A stretch of DNA of 44,820 bases, taken from Escherichia phage SM_S22. The position numbers and the translations under genes are program-made. Numbering within the stretch: the first letter of the stretch is position 1; every line of letters starts with the position of its first letter. The notes beneath the pieces were generated by a model. The model worked only from the letters and a program-made list of their open reading frames with translations. It did not search any database and had not been told where the DNA came from. The DNA lies in sequence record PP627283.1; one strand, written 5' to 3'. Below, piece by piece: positions 1 through 8,838 of the stretch.

Positions 1-552
1 ATGGCAGAAATCAAAGTTAAGGGCCGACGCGCCAAACTGGACGGACGAGTAGCAGTAACCCCGCGCCGTAAACCAGGCGAGCAAACCGAGCATACCAATC
101 TCGGACCTGAAATCGAGTACGGAAAGCGCCGTAAAGGCGGCAAATGTGGACGCCCTACTGACTACCGATCCGTTTACTGCGACCAGCTTCGCCGCTATTT
201 TGCCGATGCCGACGCCTGGCAGGTCAACTACTCCGATAAAGGCGCTGCGCAAGTAATCCCCCGCAACAAAATGCCGACCTTCGGTCGTTTTGCCGCAGAA
301 ATTGGTGTTGGTGTCGCTTGTTTGTACCGCTGGGCGAGAGCACATGAGGAGTTCGCCGAGGCGATGGCTGACGCTATGGAGCTGCAGAAAACCTTCCTGA
401 TGGAAGCTGGCGGCGTGACCATCGCGGCGGGCTTCGCTACGTTCCTGCTTAAAGCAAACCACGGCGTCCGCGACGATGTGCCGCTGGATGACGACGAAGA
501 TGATAACGGCGACGTCGTAGTGGAACCTACCGGCAAAGGCCAGGGTGAATAA
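1..552 (+). CDS. terminase small subunit (putative)
   Basis: 183 aa, basic N-terminus, HTH-like segment (FGRFAAEIGVGVACLYRWAR), acidic C-terminus; stop overlaps ATG of large terminase (TAATG). Confidence 0.55.
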   Translation: MAEIKVKGRRAKLDGRVAVTPRRKPGEQTEHTNLGPEIEYGKRRKGGKCGRPTDYRSVYCDQLRRYFADADAWQVNYSDKGAAQVIPRNKMPTFGRFAAEIGVGVACLYRWARAHEEFAEAMADAMELQKTFLMEAGGVTIAAGFATFLLKANHGVRDDVPLDDDEDDNGDVVVEPTGKGQGE

Positions 553-1937
553 TGCGTAACTATGCGGCAGAACACCGCGCACTGGAACGCGCGATCGCAA
601 AGCGCAACCGACCGCCACGCCCAACACGCGTTGCGCAGGCCGTCCGCCTTTACCAGCCTGATTGCTTGCCGCACCAGGTTGAACTACTGCGCGACACAAA
701 GACTAAAATCCTCGGCCTGTGTTCCGGCTTCGGCGGTGGAAAGTCGTGGGTCGCTGCGCGTAAGGTCATCCAGCTTTTAACCCTGAACCCCGGTCATGAC
801 GGCATCGTTACCGAACCGACTATTCCACTCCTGGTTAAAATCATGTATCCGGAATTGGAAAAGGCTTTCGACGAGGCTGGCTTCCGGTGGAAGTTCAACA
901 AGCAGGACAAGATCTATAGCGTTCTGGTGAAAGGCAAATGGACCCGCGTGATCTGTGAATCAATGGAGAACTATACCCGCCTGATCGGGGTCAACGCCGC
1001 GTGGATTGTTGCCGACGAGTTCGACACCACGAAACAAGACGTCGCGCTGGCGGCATATCACAAATTGCTCGGTCGTCTGCGTGCTGGCTTCGTCCGCCAG
1101 TTTGTCATCGTGTCAACGCCTGAAGGCTACCGGGCGATGTACCAGATTTTCGAGGTGGAGAAAGACAACCAGAAACGCTTGATCCGGGCGAAGACCACGG
1201 ACAACCACCATTTACCGGCGGACTTTATCGACACGCTGCGCAGTCAGTACCCGGCTAACCTGATCGACGCGTACCTGAAAGGCCTGTTTGTCAACCTTAC
1301 ATCGGGCGCGGTATACAAGATGTTTAACCGCGAGGAGAACGCCAGCACCGAAGAAGTGCAACCGGAAGACACGCTGATTATCGGTATGGACTTTAACGTC
1401 ACGAAAATGGCGGCGGTCGTGTACGTCAGACGGCAGCGCATCACCGAAAACAAGGAGTTCCGCGACGAGATTCACGCAGTGGATGAGTTTGTGGACCTGT
1501 TTGATACCCCGGCTATGATTGAGGCGATCGAGGAGCGCTACCCGGAACATTGTGCCGCCGGTAAGGTCGTAGTTTACCCGGATAGCAGTGGTAAGTCTCG
1601 TAAGACTGTTAACGCATCGTCGTCCGATATCGCGCAACTGGAAGACGCGGGCTTCGAGGTGGAATACGACAGCGTTAACCCGCCTGTGAAAGACCGATTA
1701 ATCGCGATGAATACGATGATGTGCAACTCGAAGGGTGTGCGCCAGTATTTTGTCAACCTAGATAAATGCCCTACACTAGCGAAATGTCTGGAACAGCAGG
1801 TTTACGACCTGAAGAAAGGCGAGCCGGATAAAACCGCCGGTGTGGACCACATGAACGATGCCGCGGGCTATCCAATTGCGCACCTGTTCCCAGTGATTCG
1901 CCCAATCGCCGTTGTTCCAACTGTAGACTTCTACTAA
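552..1937 (+). CDS. terminase large subunit
   Basis: 461 aa; P-loop-like GFGGGKS near N-terminus, acidic ADEFD Walker-B-like, C-terminal nuclease-like region; position between small terminase and portal. Confidence 0.8.
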   Translation: MRNYAAEHRALERAIAKRNRPPRPTRVAQAVRLYQPDCLPHQVELLRDTKTKILGLCSGFGGGKSWVAARKVIQLLTLNPGHDGIVTEPTIPLLVKIMYPELEKAFDEAGFRWKFNKQDKIYSVLVKGKWTRVICESMENYTRLIGVNAAWIVADEFDTTKQDVALAAYHKLLGRLRAGFVRQFVIVSTPEGYRAMYQIFEVEKDNQKRLIRAKTTDNHHLPADFIDTLRSQYPANLIDAYLKGLFVNLTSGAVYKMFNREENASTEEVQPEDTLIIGMDFNVTKMAAVVYVRRQRITENKEFRDEIHAVDEFVDLFDTPAMIEAIEERYPEHCAAGKVVVYPDSSGKSRKTVNASSSDIAQLEDAGFEVEYDSVNPPVKDRLIAMNTMMCNSKGVRQYFVNLDKCPTLAKCLEQQVYDLKKGEPDKTAGVDHMNDAAGYPIAHLFPVIRPIAVVPTVDFY

Positions 1938-1948
1938 GGAAAACGACC

Positions 1949-3469
1949 ATGACCGTTAACGTTGACAACCAGCACCCACTATATGCGCGCATCGCGCCAG
2001 AGTGGAAGATGATCCGCGATTGTGTGGCAGGGGAGCGCGCAGTGAAGGCGTGCGGCCCCTTGTACCTGCCTCACCCCGCCAGTGGCGACAATACTGACCC
2101 GAAAGCACGGGCGCGGTATAAGGCGTACAAGCAACGCGCTGTATTCCTGAACGCCACCGCCCGCACACTTAACGCGCTGTTAGGCGTTGCCTTTGCTAAA
2201 CCAGTAAGTCTGGACCTTTCCGGGGCGATGGCTGACCTGATTGACGACGTAGACGGCAGTGGTATGCCGCTGCCGCAACTCCTGCGCGGTGCTATGTCGG
2301 AAGTGCTGCAATCAGGCCGTGCGGGCTTTATGGTGGACTACGATCGCCAGGCGCATTTTGATGAACTGGGTAACGTAGTGCCGCAGACAGCCGCCGAGAT
2401 GGCGTCACACCGCCCGCTCATCCGCCTGTATACGGCAGAACAGATCATCAACTGGCGGCAGACCCACGGCGTAGATACGCTAATTGTGCTGAAGGAAACG
2501 GACGAAATCAGCACCGAAGACCCGGACGACTTCGCAAACCACGAAGTAACAATCTGGACCGAGCTTCGCATGATTGACGGCAAGGCACACGCCCGCCGCT
2601 GGTTTTACAACGCGGACACGTCCGAAGTGCAAATGGACTTACCGCGTGGCTTCACCCGCACCGATCTCGTACCGCTGGTGGATGCGGGCGGTAATGCGCT
2701 TACGCAACTGCCATTTTGCTGGTGTGGTGCGGTGGACAACAACGCGACACCGGACGCCGCACCGCTGGCGGATATTGCGTCCATCAACATTAAGCACTAC
2801 AACGCCGAAGCGGACGTCGCCGAGATTGCGCACATCGTGGGCCAACCTACACTCATTGCGACTGGTCTGACCCAATCATGGGCGGACAAGAACCTGAAAG
2901 GAGGCATCGCGCTCGGGGCAACTAAGGGCGTTATCCTGGGCCAGAACATGGACGCCAAACTGCTTCAGGCGGAGGAGCGCAACTTGTCTGTTGCCCTATG
3001 TGAGCGCCGAGAATTGCAAATGGCTAAACTGGGCGCGGCCCTGGTCGAGAAGGGGACCGCACCTAAGACGGCAACTGAAGCGGCCTACGATGCGCAGACT
3101 GATAACAGTATCCTGTCACTGATTGCCGGTAACGTTGAGAAGGCTTTCAACCGTGCGCTGCAGATCGTCAAGCTGTTCACGGGAGACACCGCAGATCAAC
3201 GTGTAACGCTGAATAAGTTCTACACCGAAATCACGGTTGACGCACAGCTTATGACCGCAATGATGGCGGGTGTGCAGACAGGTACGGTCCGTCTGGCGGA
3301 CTTTATCAAGTGGATGATGGCCCAGGGTGTCATCGACGACTCGCAAACCGTCGAGCAGGTGGAAGACGAATTGCGAAATCAGAATCCATTGCCTCAAATG
3401 TCCCCTGATGCGGTAGAATCAACCGAAGAAGACCCGGACAAGGTAGCGGACAATGGCGAAGACAATTAA
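1949..3469 (+). CDS. portal protein
   Basis: 506 aa directly after terminase; RBS AAGGAAA upstream; acidic C-terminal tail. Confidence 0.75.
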   Translation: MTVNVDNQHPLYARIAPEWKMIRDCVAGERAVKACGPLYLPHPASGDNTDPKARARYKAYKQRAVFLNATARTLNALLGVAFAKPVSLDLSGAMADLIDDVDGSGMPLPQLLRGAMSEVLQSGRAGFMVDYDRQAHFDELGNVVPQTAAEMASHRPLIRLYTAEQIINWRQTHGVDTLIVLKETDEISTEDPDDFANHEVTIWTELRMIDGKAHARRWFYNADTSEVQMDLPRGFTRTDLVPLVDAGGNALTQLPFCWCGAVDNNATPDAAPLADIASINIKHYNAEADVAEIAHIVGQPTLIATGLTQSWADKNLKGGIALGATKGVILGQNMDAKLLQAEERNLSVALCERRELQMAKLGAALVEKGTAPKTATEAAYDAQTDNSILSLIAGNVEKAFNRALQIVKLFTGDTADQRVTLNKFYTEITVDAQLMTAMMAGVQTGTVRLADFIKWMMAQGVIDDSQTVEQVEDELRNQNPLPQMSPDAVESTEEDPDKVADNGEDN

Positions 3470-4556
3470 TCAATATTTGGCGGATCGAATGATTCGCCGT
3501 CACATCTTCACCCAGCGCCTGAGCAATGACCAGGCGCGAAGGGTGCTGGCTATGTGGGAGAAGTTCCGGCCCGCTTTGCTGGGCAAGTTGACCGAGTTAC
3601 TTGATGGCAAAAAGTCCATGAGCAACAAGGCACTTACCACACTATTAACGCAACTCGACAAGACCGTCAAAACGGAACTGCGCGCCGAGTTTAAAGTGCT
3701 GGCGGAGAGTCTTCAGGAGTTCGCCGACACGGAGGCTGATTATCTTTCCGACACATTAACGGCAGCGATCCAGCCAGCGGTCGCCGTACCAGCGGTTGAG
3801 GTGGTTGGTGTGGTGACTGGCGCGCAGATTGCAGCGACGGCGATGAAAAACCCGTTCCTGGGTAATACGATGATGCAGTGGCCTGATTCACTTTCCGAGT
3901 GGACCCGGACGCAGATCGGGAATCAGGTGCGCGCCGGATTCATCCAGGGCAAGCCGACGATGGAAATTATTGCGGACGTGAGGCGCGCGCTAGGCGGTCG
4001 TAGTGCGCAAGCGATCTCAAGCGTTGTTAAGTCCGCGGTCAACCACTATGCGGCGACCGCCCGCGAATTAATGGTAAAAGCTAATGACGATATTCTCGAA
4101 GGACGCCAATGGTTGGCTACATTGGACACGCATACTTCTCCCATGTGCCAGCTACGCGATCGCCTGTTTTATCCAGTTGATGTTACTCCCGACACAAAAG
4201 GGAAGCGCGGCGGGAAAATGGTGGCGGGATCACAATATGGCGCTGGTCCGGGCAAGTTGCATTATTGTTGCCGGTCGACGGAGACGTGGAAGGTTAAAGG
4301 CATGGAAGATTGGCCCAGTGGTAAGCGTCCGGCACTGAAGGCTGACGCGGGTCGATTGCTGAGTGAGCAGGTCGACGCGCAGACCGATTTTTTCTCATGG
4401 GTGCAGCGCCAGCCGCGCCATATCCTGGAAGAATTATACGGAGTGCAACGCGCCGACCAGATTATGCGCGGCGTGAAAGTGCCGAAAATGTTCACCGATT
4501 CAGGCGAACTGATGACTATTGCACAGCTTAAAAACCGGGGGTTATGGCGTGATTAA
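3453..4556 (+). CDS. head morphogenesis / minor head protein (Mu F / SPP1 gp7-like, putative)
   Basis: 367 aa immediately after portal, overlapping its stop; assignment by synteny. Confidence 0.5.
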   Translation: MAKTINQYLADRMIRRHIFTQRLSNDQARRVLAMWEKFRPALLGKLTELLDGKKSMSNKALTTLLTQLDKTVKTELRAEFKVLAESLQEFADTEADYLSDTLTAAIQPAVAVPAVEVVGVVTGAQIAATAMKNPFLGNTMMQWPDSLSEWTRTQIGNQVRAGFIQGKPTMEIIADVRRALGGRSAQAISSVVKSAVNHYAATARELMVKANDDILEGRQWLATLDTHTSPMCQLRDRLFYPVDVTPDTKGKRGGKMVAGSQYGAGPGKLHYCCRSTETWKVKGMEDWPSGKRPALKADAGRLLSEQVDAQTDFFSWVQRQPRHILEELYGVQRADQIMRGVKVPKMFTDSGELMTIAQLKNRGLWRD

Positions 4557-4878
4557 ATACGCAGCGATTGGACTGGTTAGCGGTCTGGCGGTAGGATTCT
4601 GGCTAGGTGACTCCTATCGCGCTGGCGTAGTGGCGGAGGCGGCGCAAGAAGCGCAAGCCCAAGCCCAACGGCAGCAAACTAAAGTTGTTGAGCGCTCCGT
4701 GCAGGCCGAACAGGCCCGCGACGTAGAATACCGGACTATCACAAAAGAGGTTGTTAAATATGTTACGCGCCCTAACCGCCCTGATTGTAGTTTTGACGCT
4801 GAGCGCGTGCGGATCAAGCAGCGTGCCGTTGATGCCGCTAACGGAGTCGGCACTGCGACCGCCGTGCAAGTTCGATAA
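4549..4878 (+). CDS. i-spanin (Rz-like), probable GTG start
   Basis: N-terminal TM segment IKYAAIGLVSGLAVGFWLG followed by A/Q/E-rich coiled-coil region; GGGGG RBS before GTG at 4549. Confidence 0.5.
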   Translation: MIKYAAIGLVSGLAVGFWLGDSYRAGVVAEAAQEAQAQAQRQQTKVVERSVQAEQARDVEYRTITKEVVKYVTRPNRPDCSFDAERVRIKQRAVDAANGVGTATAVQVR

Positions 4879-4990
4879 CCCGTCTGCGGACCCCGACGAA
4901 GATTTGATGATTGACGTGAAAAATATGGAATGCGGGGCGAAGCTGAGGGCGCAGGTGTTGGAGTTGCAGCAAATAATTAAGGGGCCGTAA
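4760..4990 (+). CDS. o-spanin lipoprotein (Rz1-like), embedded in +1 frame of i-spanin
   Basis: Signal peptide with lipobox LTLSAC, proline-rich mature part; RBS AAAGAGG; overlapped-gene architecture typical of Rz/Rz1. Confidence 0.55.
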   Translation: MLRALTALIVVLTLSACGSSSVPLMPLTESALRPPCKFDNPSADPDEDLMIDVKNMECGAKLRAQVLELQQIIKGP

Positions 4991-5003
4991 TGGCCCCTTT
5001 TCC
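4981..5003. terminator. hairpin GGGGCC-n-GGCCCC plus T-run between convergent genes
   Basis: Read from sequence; lies between o-spanin stop and the stop of reverse gene 5005-5769. Confidence 0.5.
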
Positions 5004-5004
5004 G

Positions 5005-5769
5005 TTAGCGAGGAATGCCGCAAATCTCGTTGAGTGTTTTCACATCCAGCGCCACCGCCGTGGATTTTGGCTTGTCCGGGTATGGGATGAATTGCTCAAC
5101 TTCAGGCCATGCCTTAATCAGCTTCTTGTCAGTATTGTGCAGGTCCAGCACACCGGTAACGGTGAGTTTGAACGCATCATACTTCGCGCGCAACTCGCGA
5201 CGGGCCTTGTCGTTACGGTCCAGGCGCTTACAGAAATCATGGTCCGCCGGGTAGTCTATACGACCGCGTGGCTTATATATCGGCAGCGATTTCCCGTCGT
5301 CGTCGACTTCGCACACTGACGCTAACAAAATTTCCTCATACCCAGGCACAATATCGCCGAGATCGGGAGACAGTTTATTCATGTATTTATACTCCCAGTA
5401 TCCGCGATGTACTCGGAATCGGTGTCCGTCTCCGCTCAATGACACGGTACGGACGTTTCCGCCTGCGTTGATCTCGAAAGTGGCGTCGTAAACGCTGCCT
5501 ATACCATATGGGTTGTCGGCGACATGTCTATACGTCGCCTTATTGGTGTACACACAGACGCCGTACATCTGCGACGGGTCATCGCCGATCGCTTCAATGC
5601 GCTCACGTAGCTCGGCGAACGTATGAATTCCTTCCGGCATACAGTCCAGCGTAATGGCGTACGCCAGATTTCGAGAGTCCATCATGATTGATTTGGCTTC
5701 GGTCGCGATTTCGTGGTCGCGCAGGATGTTAGCCAGAATCTGGTTTTTAATGTCTTTCGTCAGTCTCAT
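5005..5769 (-). CDS. hypothetical protein, reverse-oriented moron in head module
   Basis: About 254 aa from ATG at 5769 (RBS GAGGA); the longer ORF to 6216 is rejected because it overlaps the scaffold gene; own promoter TTGCAA-17-TATATT. Confidence 0.5.
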   Translation of the reverse strand: MRLTKDIKNQILANILRDHEIATEAKSIMMDSRNLAYAITLDCMPEGIHTFAELRERIEAIGDDPSQMYGVCVYTNKATYRHVADNPYGIGSVYDATFEINAGGNVRTVSLSGDGHRFRVHRGYWEYKYMNKLSPDLGDIVPGYEEILLASVCEVDDDGKSLPIYKPRGRIDYPADHDFCKRLDRNDKARRELRAKYDAFKLTVTGVLDLHNTDKKLIKAWPEVEQFIPYPDKPKSTAVALDVKTLNEICGIPR

Positions 5770-5798
5770 TAGTGTGTCCTCGTTGTTGGTGTGCAACC

Positions 5799-5862
5799 AA
5801 TATATGCAACCAATACGAGGATTGCAAGCGAATTTTGCGATTATTTTTATCGCTGATAATAT
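5799..5862. promoter_or_regulatory. divergent sigma70-like promoter pair
   Basis: Minus: TTGCAA(5822-5827)-17-TATATT(rc of 5799-5804). Plus: TTGCGA(5835-5840)-16-TGaTAATAT(5854-5862). Two TGCAACCAAT motif copies. Confidence 0.5.
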
Positions 5863-5917
5863 TAGAAGCGTGAAGTCGAGCGGGTGGCCTGCTCTGCCAC
5901 AATCCCAGGGGGATAGC

Positions 5918-6622
5918 ATGAAACTTACTAAAGCAGAATATGACGCGTTGCCGGAAGGTATGAAGGCGCTTTTTGTTGCCGATGGCGACGGGTATAAATC
6001 AACGTTCATGACCGCGGAAGAAGTACAAGCGGAAATCAAGGGTCTGAAAGACAACAACGCGAAGCTGGTGAGCGAGAAGAAAGCAGAAGCCGAACGCCGC
6101 GCCGAAGCGGAGCGCCTTGCGAAAGAGAAAGAGGAAGCCGCCGCGCGCAAAAATGGCGACCTCGAAGCGATCGACAAGTCCTGGAAAGATAAGTTTGCGA
6201 AATACGAAGCAGACACATCGGGAAAAATCGAAGCCTACCGCAAGCAGATCCACGATCTAACCATCGGCAGTGCTGCCAAAGACCTGGCGTCGAAACTGTT
6301 CGGTAAGAATGCGGGAATCATGCAACGTCACGTTATGGACCGCCTCACTCTGGAAGACGGCGAAGACGGCAGCTTGAAAGTGCGTGTCTTGCAGGATGGA
6401 AAACCGTCCGCGCTGACTATGGAAGAGCTTGAAAAAGAGTTCCGTAATAACGCCGATTTTGCATCCGTCCTGGCTGGCACGCCAGCAGGTGGCGCGCCTA
6501 GCAAACCGACGCAGGTTGTCGAAGATGTGAAGTCGAAAATCACTATGGGCCACAGCTTCGGTATCACTGACCTTACGAAACAGGCCGGTGAAATCATCGC
6601 TAAGATGGGCGACGACGAGTAA
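5918..6622 (+). CDS. scaffolding protein (putative)
   Basis: 234 aa from ATG 5918 with RBS AGGGGGA; helical, charged, EAERRAEAERLAKEKEEAAAR region; directly upstream of major capsid gene. Confidence 0.55.
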   Translation: MKLTKAEYDALPEGMKALFVADGDGYKSTFMTAEEVQAEIKGLKDNNAKLVSEKKAEAERRAEAERLAKEKEEAAARKNGDLEAIDKSWKDKFAKYEADTSGKIEAYRKQIHDLTIGSAAKDLASKLFGKNAGIMQRHVMDRLTLEDGEDGSLKVRVLQDGKPSALTMEELEKEFRNNADFASVLAGTPAGGAPSKPTQVVEDVKSKITMGHSFGITDLTKQAGEIIAKMGDDE

Positions 6623-6627
6623 GCAGA

Positions 6628-6652
6628 TTGCCCGCGAAAGCGGGCAATTTTG
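6628..6652 (+). terminator. intrinsic terminator
   Basis: TTGCCCGC-GAAA-GCGGGCAA followed by TTTTG. Confidence 0.5.
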
Positions 6653-6719
6653 CGAGCGCGTAAATCTAAGGTAACATTAACGTCACTGGGCGAATGCTCA
6701 CAACTCAAAGGATTTCGAT

Positions 6720-7820
6720 ATGTCTTTAACAGTGTTCCAGCGTAAACTCGTTACCGCGGTTACGCAAATGATCCCCGACAACCTGAACGTATTCAACGCT
6801 GCCGCCAATGGCGCTGTTGTTCTCGGTACTGGTGAAGTGCTGAAGGATGTTGTAGAAAAAATGTCCGTAGGCTTGATCGCCAACCTTGTTACCGACCGTA
6901 ACGCCTACGCCCCTGTCGGTACTCCGGCAACCGCTAAAGTGCTGGCGCGTATGCTGACCAACTCGGTTAACCTGTCCGCGAAAGTGGGTCCGGTGGCAAT
7001 CACTAAGGCTATGATGGCTAAGATCGAAACCAACGTTAACAGCGTTGCGGCTGAGATTGCGGCACAGGCCACGCAAGCGATTATGCTGCATTACCTAAAA
7101 GCGGGTATCGGTGCGGGTAAAGCGGCGATCGAGAGCAACAACAACGCGGTATACACCCAACCGGCGCGCGTTGATGGCGTTGGCGGTCGTACCTTCCCGA
7201 CCCTGGCTGACTTCCCGCTGGCGGCTTCTAAGTTCGGCGATCAGGCGTCTTTGATTAAGTCCTGGTTTATGGACGGCGTTACCTGGGCAAACTTCATTGC
7301 ATACCAGGCGCTCCCTTCCGCTGAACAGGTATTCGCGATTGGCGATCTTCAGGTAATGGGCGATGGCCTGGGCCGTCGTTTCATTATCTCCGATGCCGCT
7401 GCCGATGCTATGGGCGCGGGTACAATGCTGGGCCTGGTCCCTGGCGCGGTTGCAGTTACCACCAACGGCCTCGATATGCTGGCGCAGGAAAAAGGCGGTA
7501 ACGAGAACATCGAACGCTGGTGGCAGGGCGAGTTCGACTTCAACGTGGCTGTTAAAGGCTACCGTCTGAAGGCGTCCGCTCGCACACCGATCGAAGGTGT
7601 GCGCTCGTTCAAACTGGACGACATCACCACTAAGGACAACTGGGAGCTGGACCAGGGCCAGGTAGACAACGCACCGGCAACCGTTCAGGATGTTGGCGCG
7701 GTGGGTGATGGCGATACTAAAGGCCGTCGTAAGACCCAGGCCGCGCAGGCAGTGCCTACCCGTCACATCAAGGAAACCGCTGGCGTACTGGTTAAGCTGA
7801 CGGCGACCACAGCGTCTTAA
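6720..7820 (+). CDS. major capsid protein (putative)
   Basis: 366 aa after scaffold gene, followed by strong terminator; assignment by synteny and size. Confidence 0.6.
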   Translation: MSLTVFQRKLVTAVTQMIPDNLNVFNAAANGAVVLGTGEVLKDVVEKMSVGLIANLVTDRNAYAPVGTPATAKVLARMLTNSVNLSAKVGPVAITKAMMAKIETNVNSVAAEIAAQATQAIMLHYLKAGIGAGKAAIESNNNAVYTQPARVDGVGGRTFPTLADFPLAASKFGDQASLIKSWFMDGVTWANFIAYQALPSAEQVFAIGDLQVMGDGLGRRFIISDAAADAMGAGTMLGLVPGAVAVTTNGLDMLAQEKGGNENIERWWQGEFDFNVAVKGYRLKASARTPIEGVRSFKLDDITTKDNWELDQGQVDNAPATVQDVGAVGDGDTKGRRKTQAAQAVPTRHIKETAGVLVKLTATTAS

Positions 7821-7838
7821 TCGACGCACATCCCAAAT

Positions 7839-7864
7839 GGGCGGGCTTATGCCCGCCTTTTTTA
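7839..7864 (+). terminator. intrinsic terminator after capsid gene
   Basis: GGGCGGGC-TTAT-GCCCGCC followed by TTTTTT. Confidence 0.6.
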
Positions 7865-7878
7865 TAGGAGTGAATCTA

Positions 7879-8379
7879 ATGTATGGCGACCCGCAAACCT
7901 TTGTCGATTATGCCGCTGCGCGAGGCGTTGAAATTACGCTGGGAGATGCAACGCGACACCTTACCATCGTTAATGACTTCCTTAACGGCATCAACTGGAT
8001 CGGCGAACAAGCGGACCTGACCGGAATCGACGCATGGCCCCGCATCAATTACCCATCGGACGGTAAGCCGGTGCGCGACACGCTAACCGAAGTTGTGGCG
8101 GTAGTACCTGTCGGGCAAATCGTAGACTTTGCATCAATCCCCGTTGCCGTTGAGCAAGCTGTTTACCGGCTGGCGCTGTTGGTGGCAGACGAGATCGATA
8201 TTTCTCCGGTCGGCGATGGTAAAGAGACTATTCGCGAAACGGTCGGCCCGATCACGATGGAATATGACCCGGCGTCGATTGGTAGCGGGGTGTCATTCCC
8301 GTGGTGGGATGGCTTGTTAGGGCACTGGGTTGATTCTGGCGGCAACGCCGCAGGCAATTTCGACGTATTCAGGGGGTAA
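7879..8379 (+). CDS. head completion / head-tail connector protein (putative)
   Basis: 166 aa from ATG 7879 with AGGAG RBS; synteny only. Confidence 0.35.
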   Translation: MYGDPQTFVDYAAARGVEITLGDATRHLTIVNDFLNGINWIGEQADLTGIDAWPRINYPSDGKPVRDTLTEVVAVVPVGQIVDFASIPVAVEQAVYRLALLVADEIDISPVGDGKETIRETVGPITMEYDPASIGSGVSFPWWDGLLGHWVDSGGNAAGNFDVFRG

Positions 8380-8380
8380 T

Positions 8381-8497
8381 ATGAATCCAGCATTACTTGC
8401 AGCGTTGCTTGCAGCGCTGGCGACGAAAGAGAAAGAGGAAGAACCAGTATCGCCAGTACCACCGGCACAGGAGAGCGAAGAAGATGGCGGGCTTTAA
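8381..8497 (+). CDS. small hypothetical protein (38 aa)
   Basis: ATG with AGGGGG RBS; below the 60-aa ORF-track cutoff; Ala/Leu-rich then acidic. Confidence 0.3.
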   Translation: MNPALLAALLAALATKEKEEEPVSPVPPAQESEEDGGL

Positions 8498-8837
8498 TTA
8501 CGCAGGATTAAAGCGGAAAGTGAATCCGCTGATTAAAAAATTCGGCATGACCGTTACGGTTACGCGTCCGGGATCTGTTGACCGTGTAGACGGCGACGAA
8601 GTGGTGATCCCGCCAACGTCGTTTGACGTCATCGGTCTTCGCGAGGAGTACAAGCCGAGCGAGATCGACGGAACGCGTATCGTTGCCGGTGATGTGAAGT
8701 TTTTATGTCGGGCGGTTGAGCAATTGCGGGTGGGCGACCTGGTTAACCTGAACGGCACCGACTACCGGGTCGTCAACCCGAACCCTCTGCAACCAGCAGG
8801 CGCGACCATGCTGTTTCAACTACAGCTAAGGGGCTAA
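8484..8837 (+). CDS. hypothetical structural protein (head-tail joining region)
   Basis: 117 aa from ATG 8484 (RBS GGAGAG); synteny. Confidence 0.35.
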   Translation: MAGFNYAGLKRKVNPLIKKFGMTVTVTRPGSVDRVDGDEVVIPPTSFDVIGLREEYKPSEIDGTRIVAGDVKFLCRAVEQLRVGDLVNLNGTDYRVVNPNPLQPAGATMLFQLQLRG

Positions 8838-8838
8838 C

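Noticed and set aside
5005-6216. Long 403-aa version of the minus-strand ORF, and the 322-aa version (5654-6622) of the scaffold ORF
   Set aside because: The two extended ORFs overlap each other across the divergent promoter region; internal starts with good RBS (5769 on minus, 5918 on plus) give non-overlapping genes.
7095-7829. Large antisense ORFs opposite well-supported genes (7095-7829 -, 19474-20427 -, 30473-31333 +, 31835-32836 +, 34302-34967 +, 13208-13618 -)
   Set aside because: They lie entirely within and opposite to long genes with clear functional motifs (capsid, J, polymerase, DUF2800, tape measure); they are shadow ORFs typical of GC-rich coding DNA, with no RBS or motifs.
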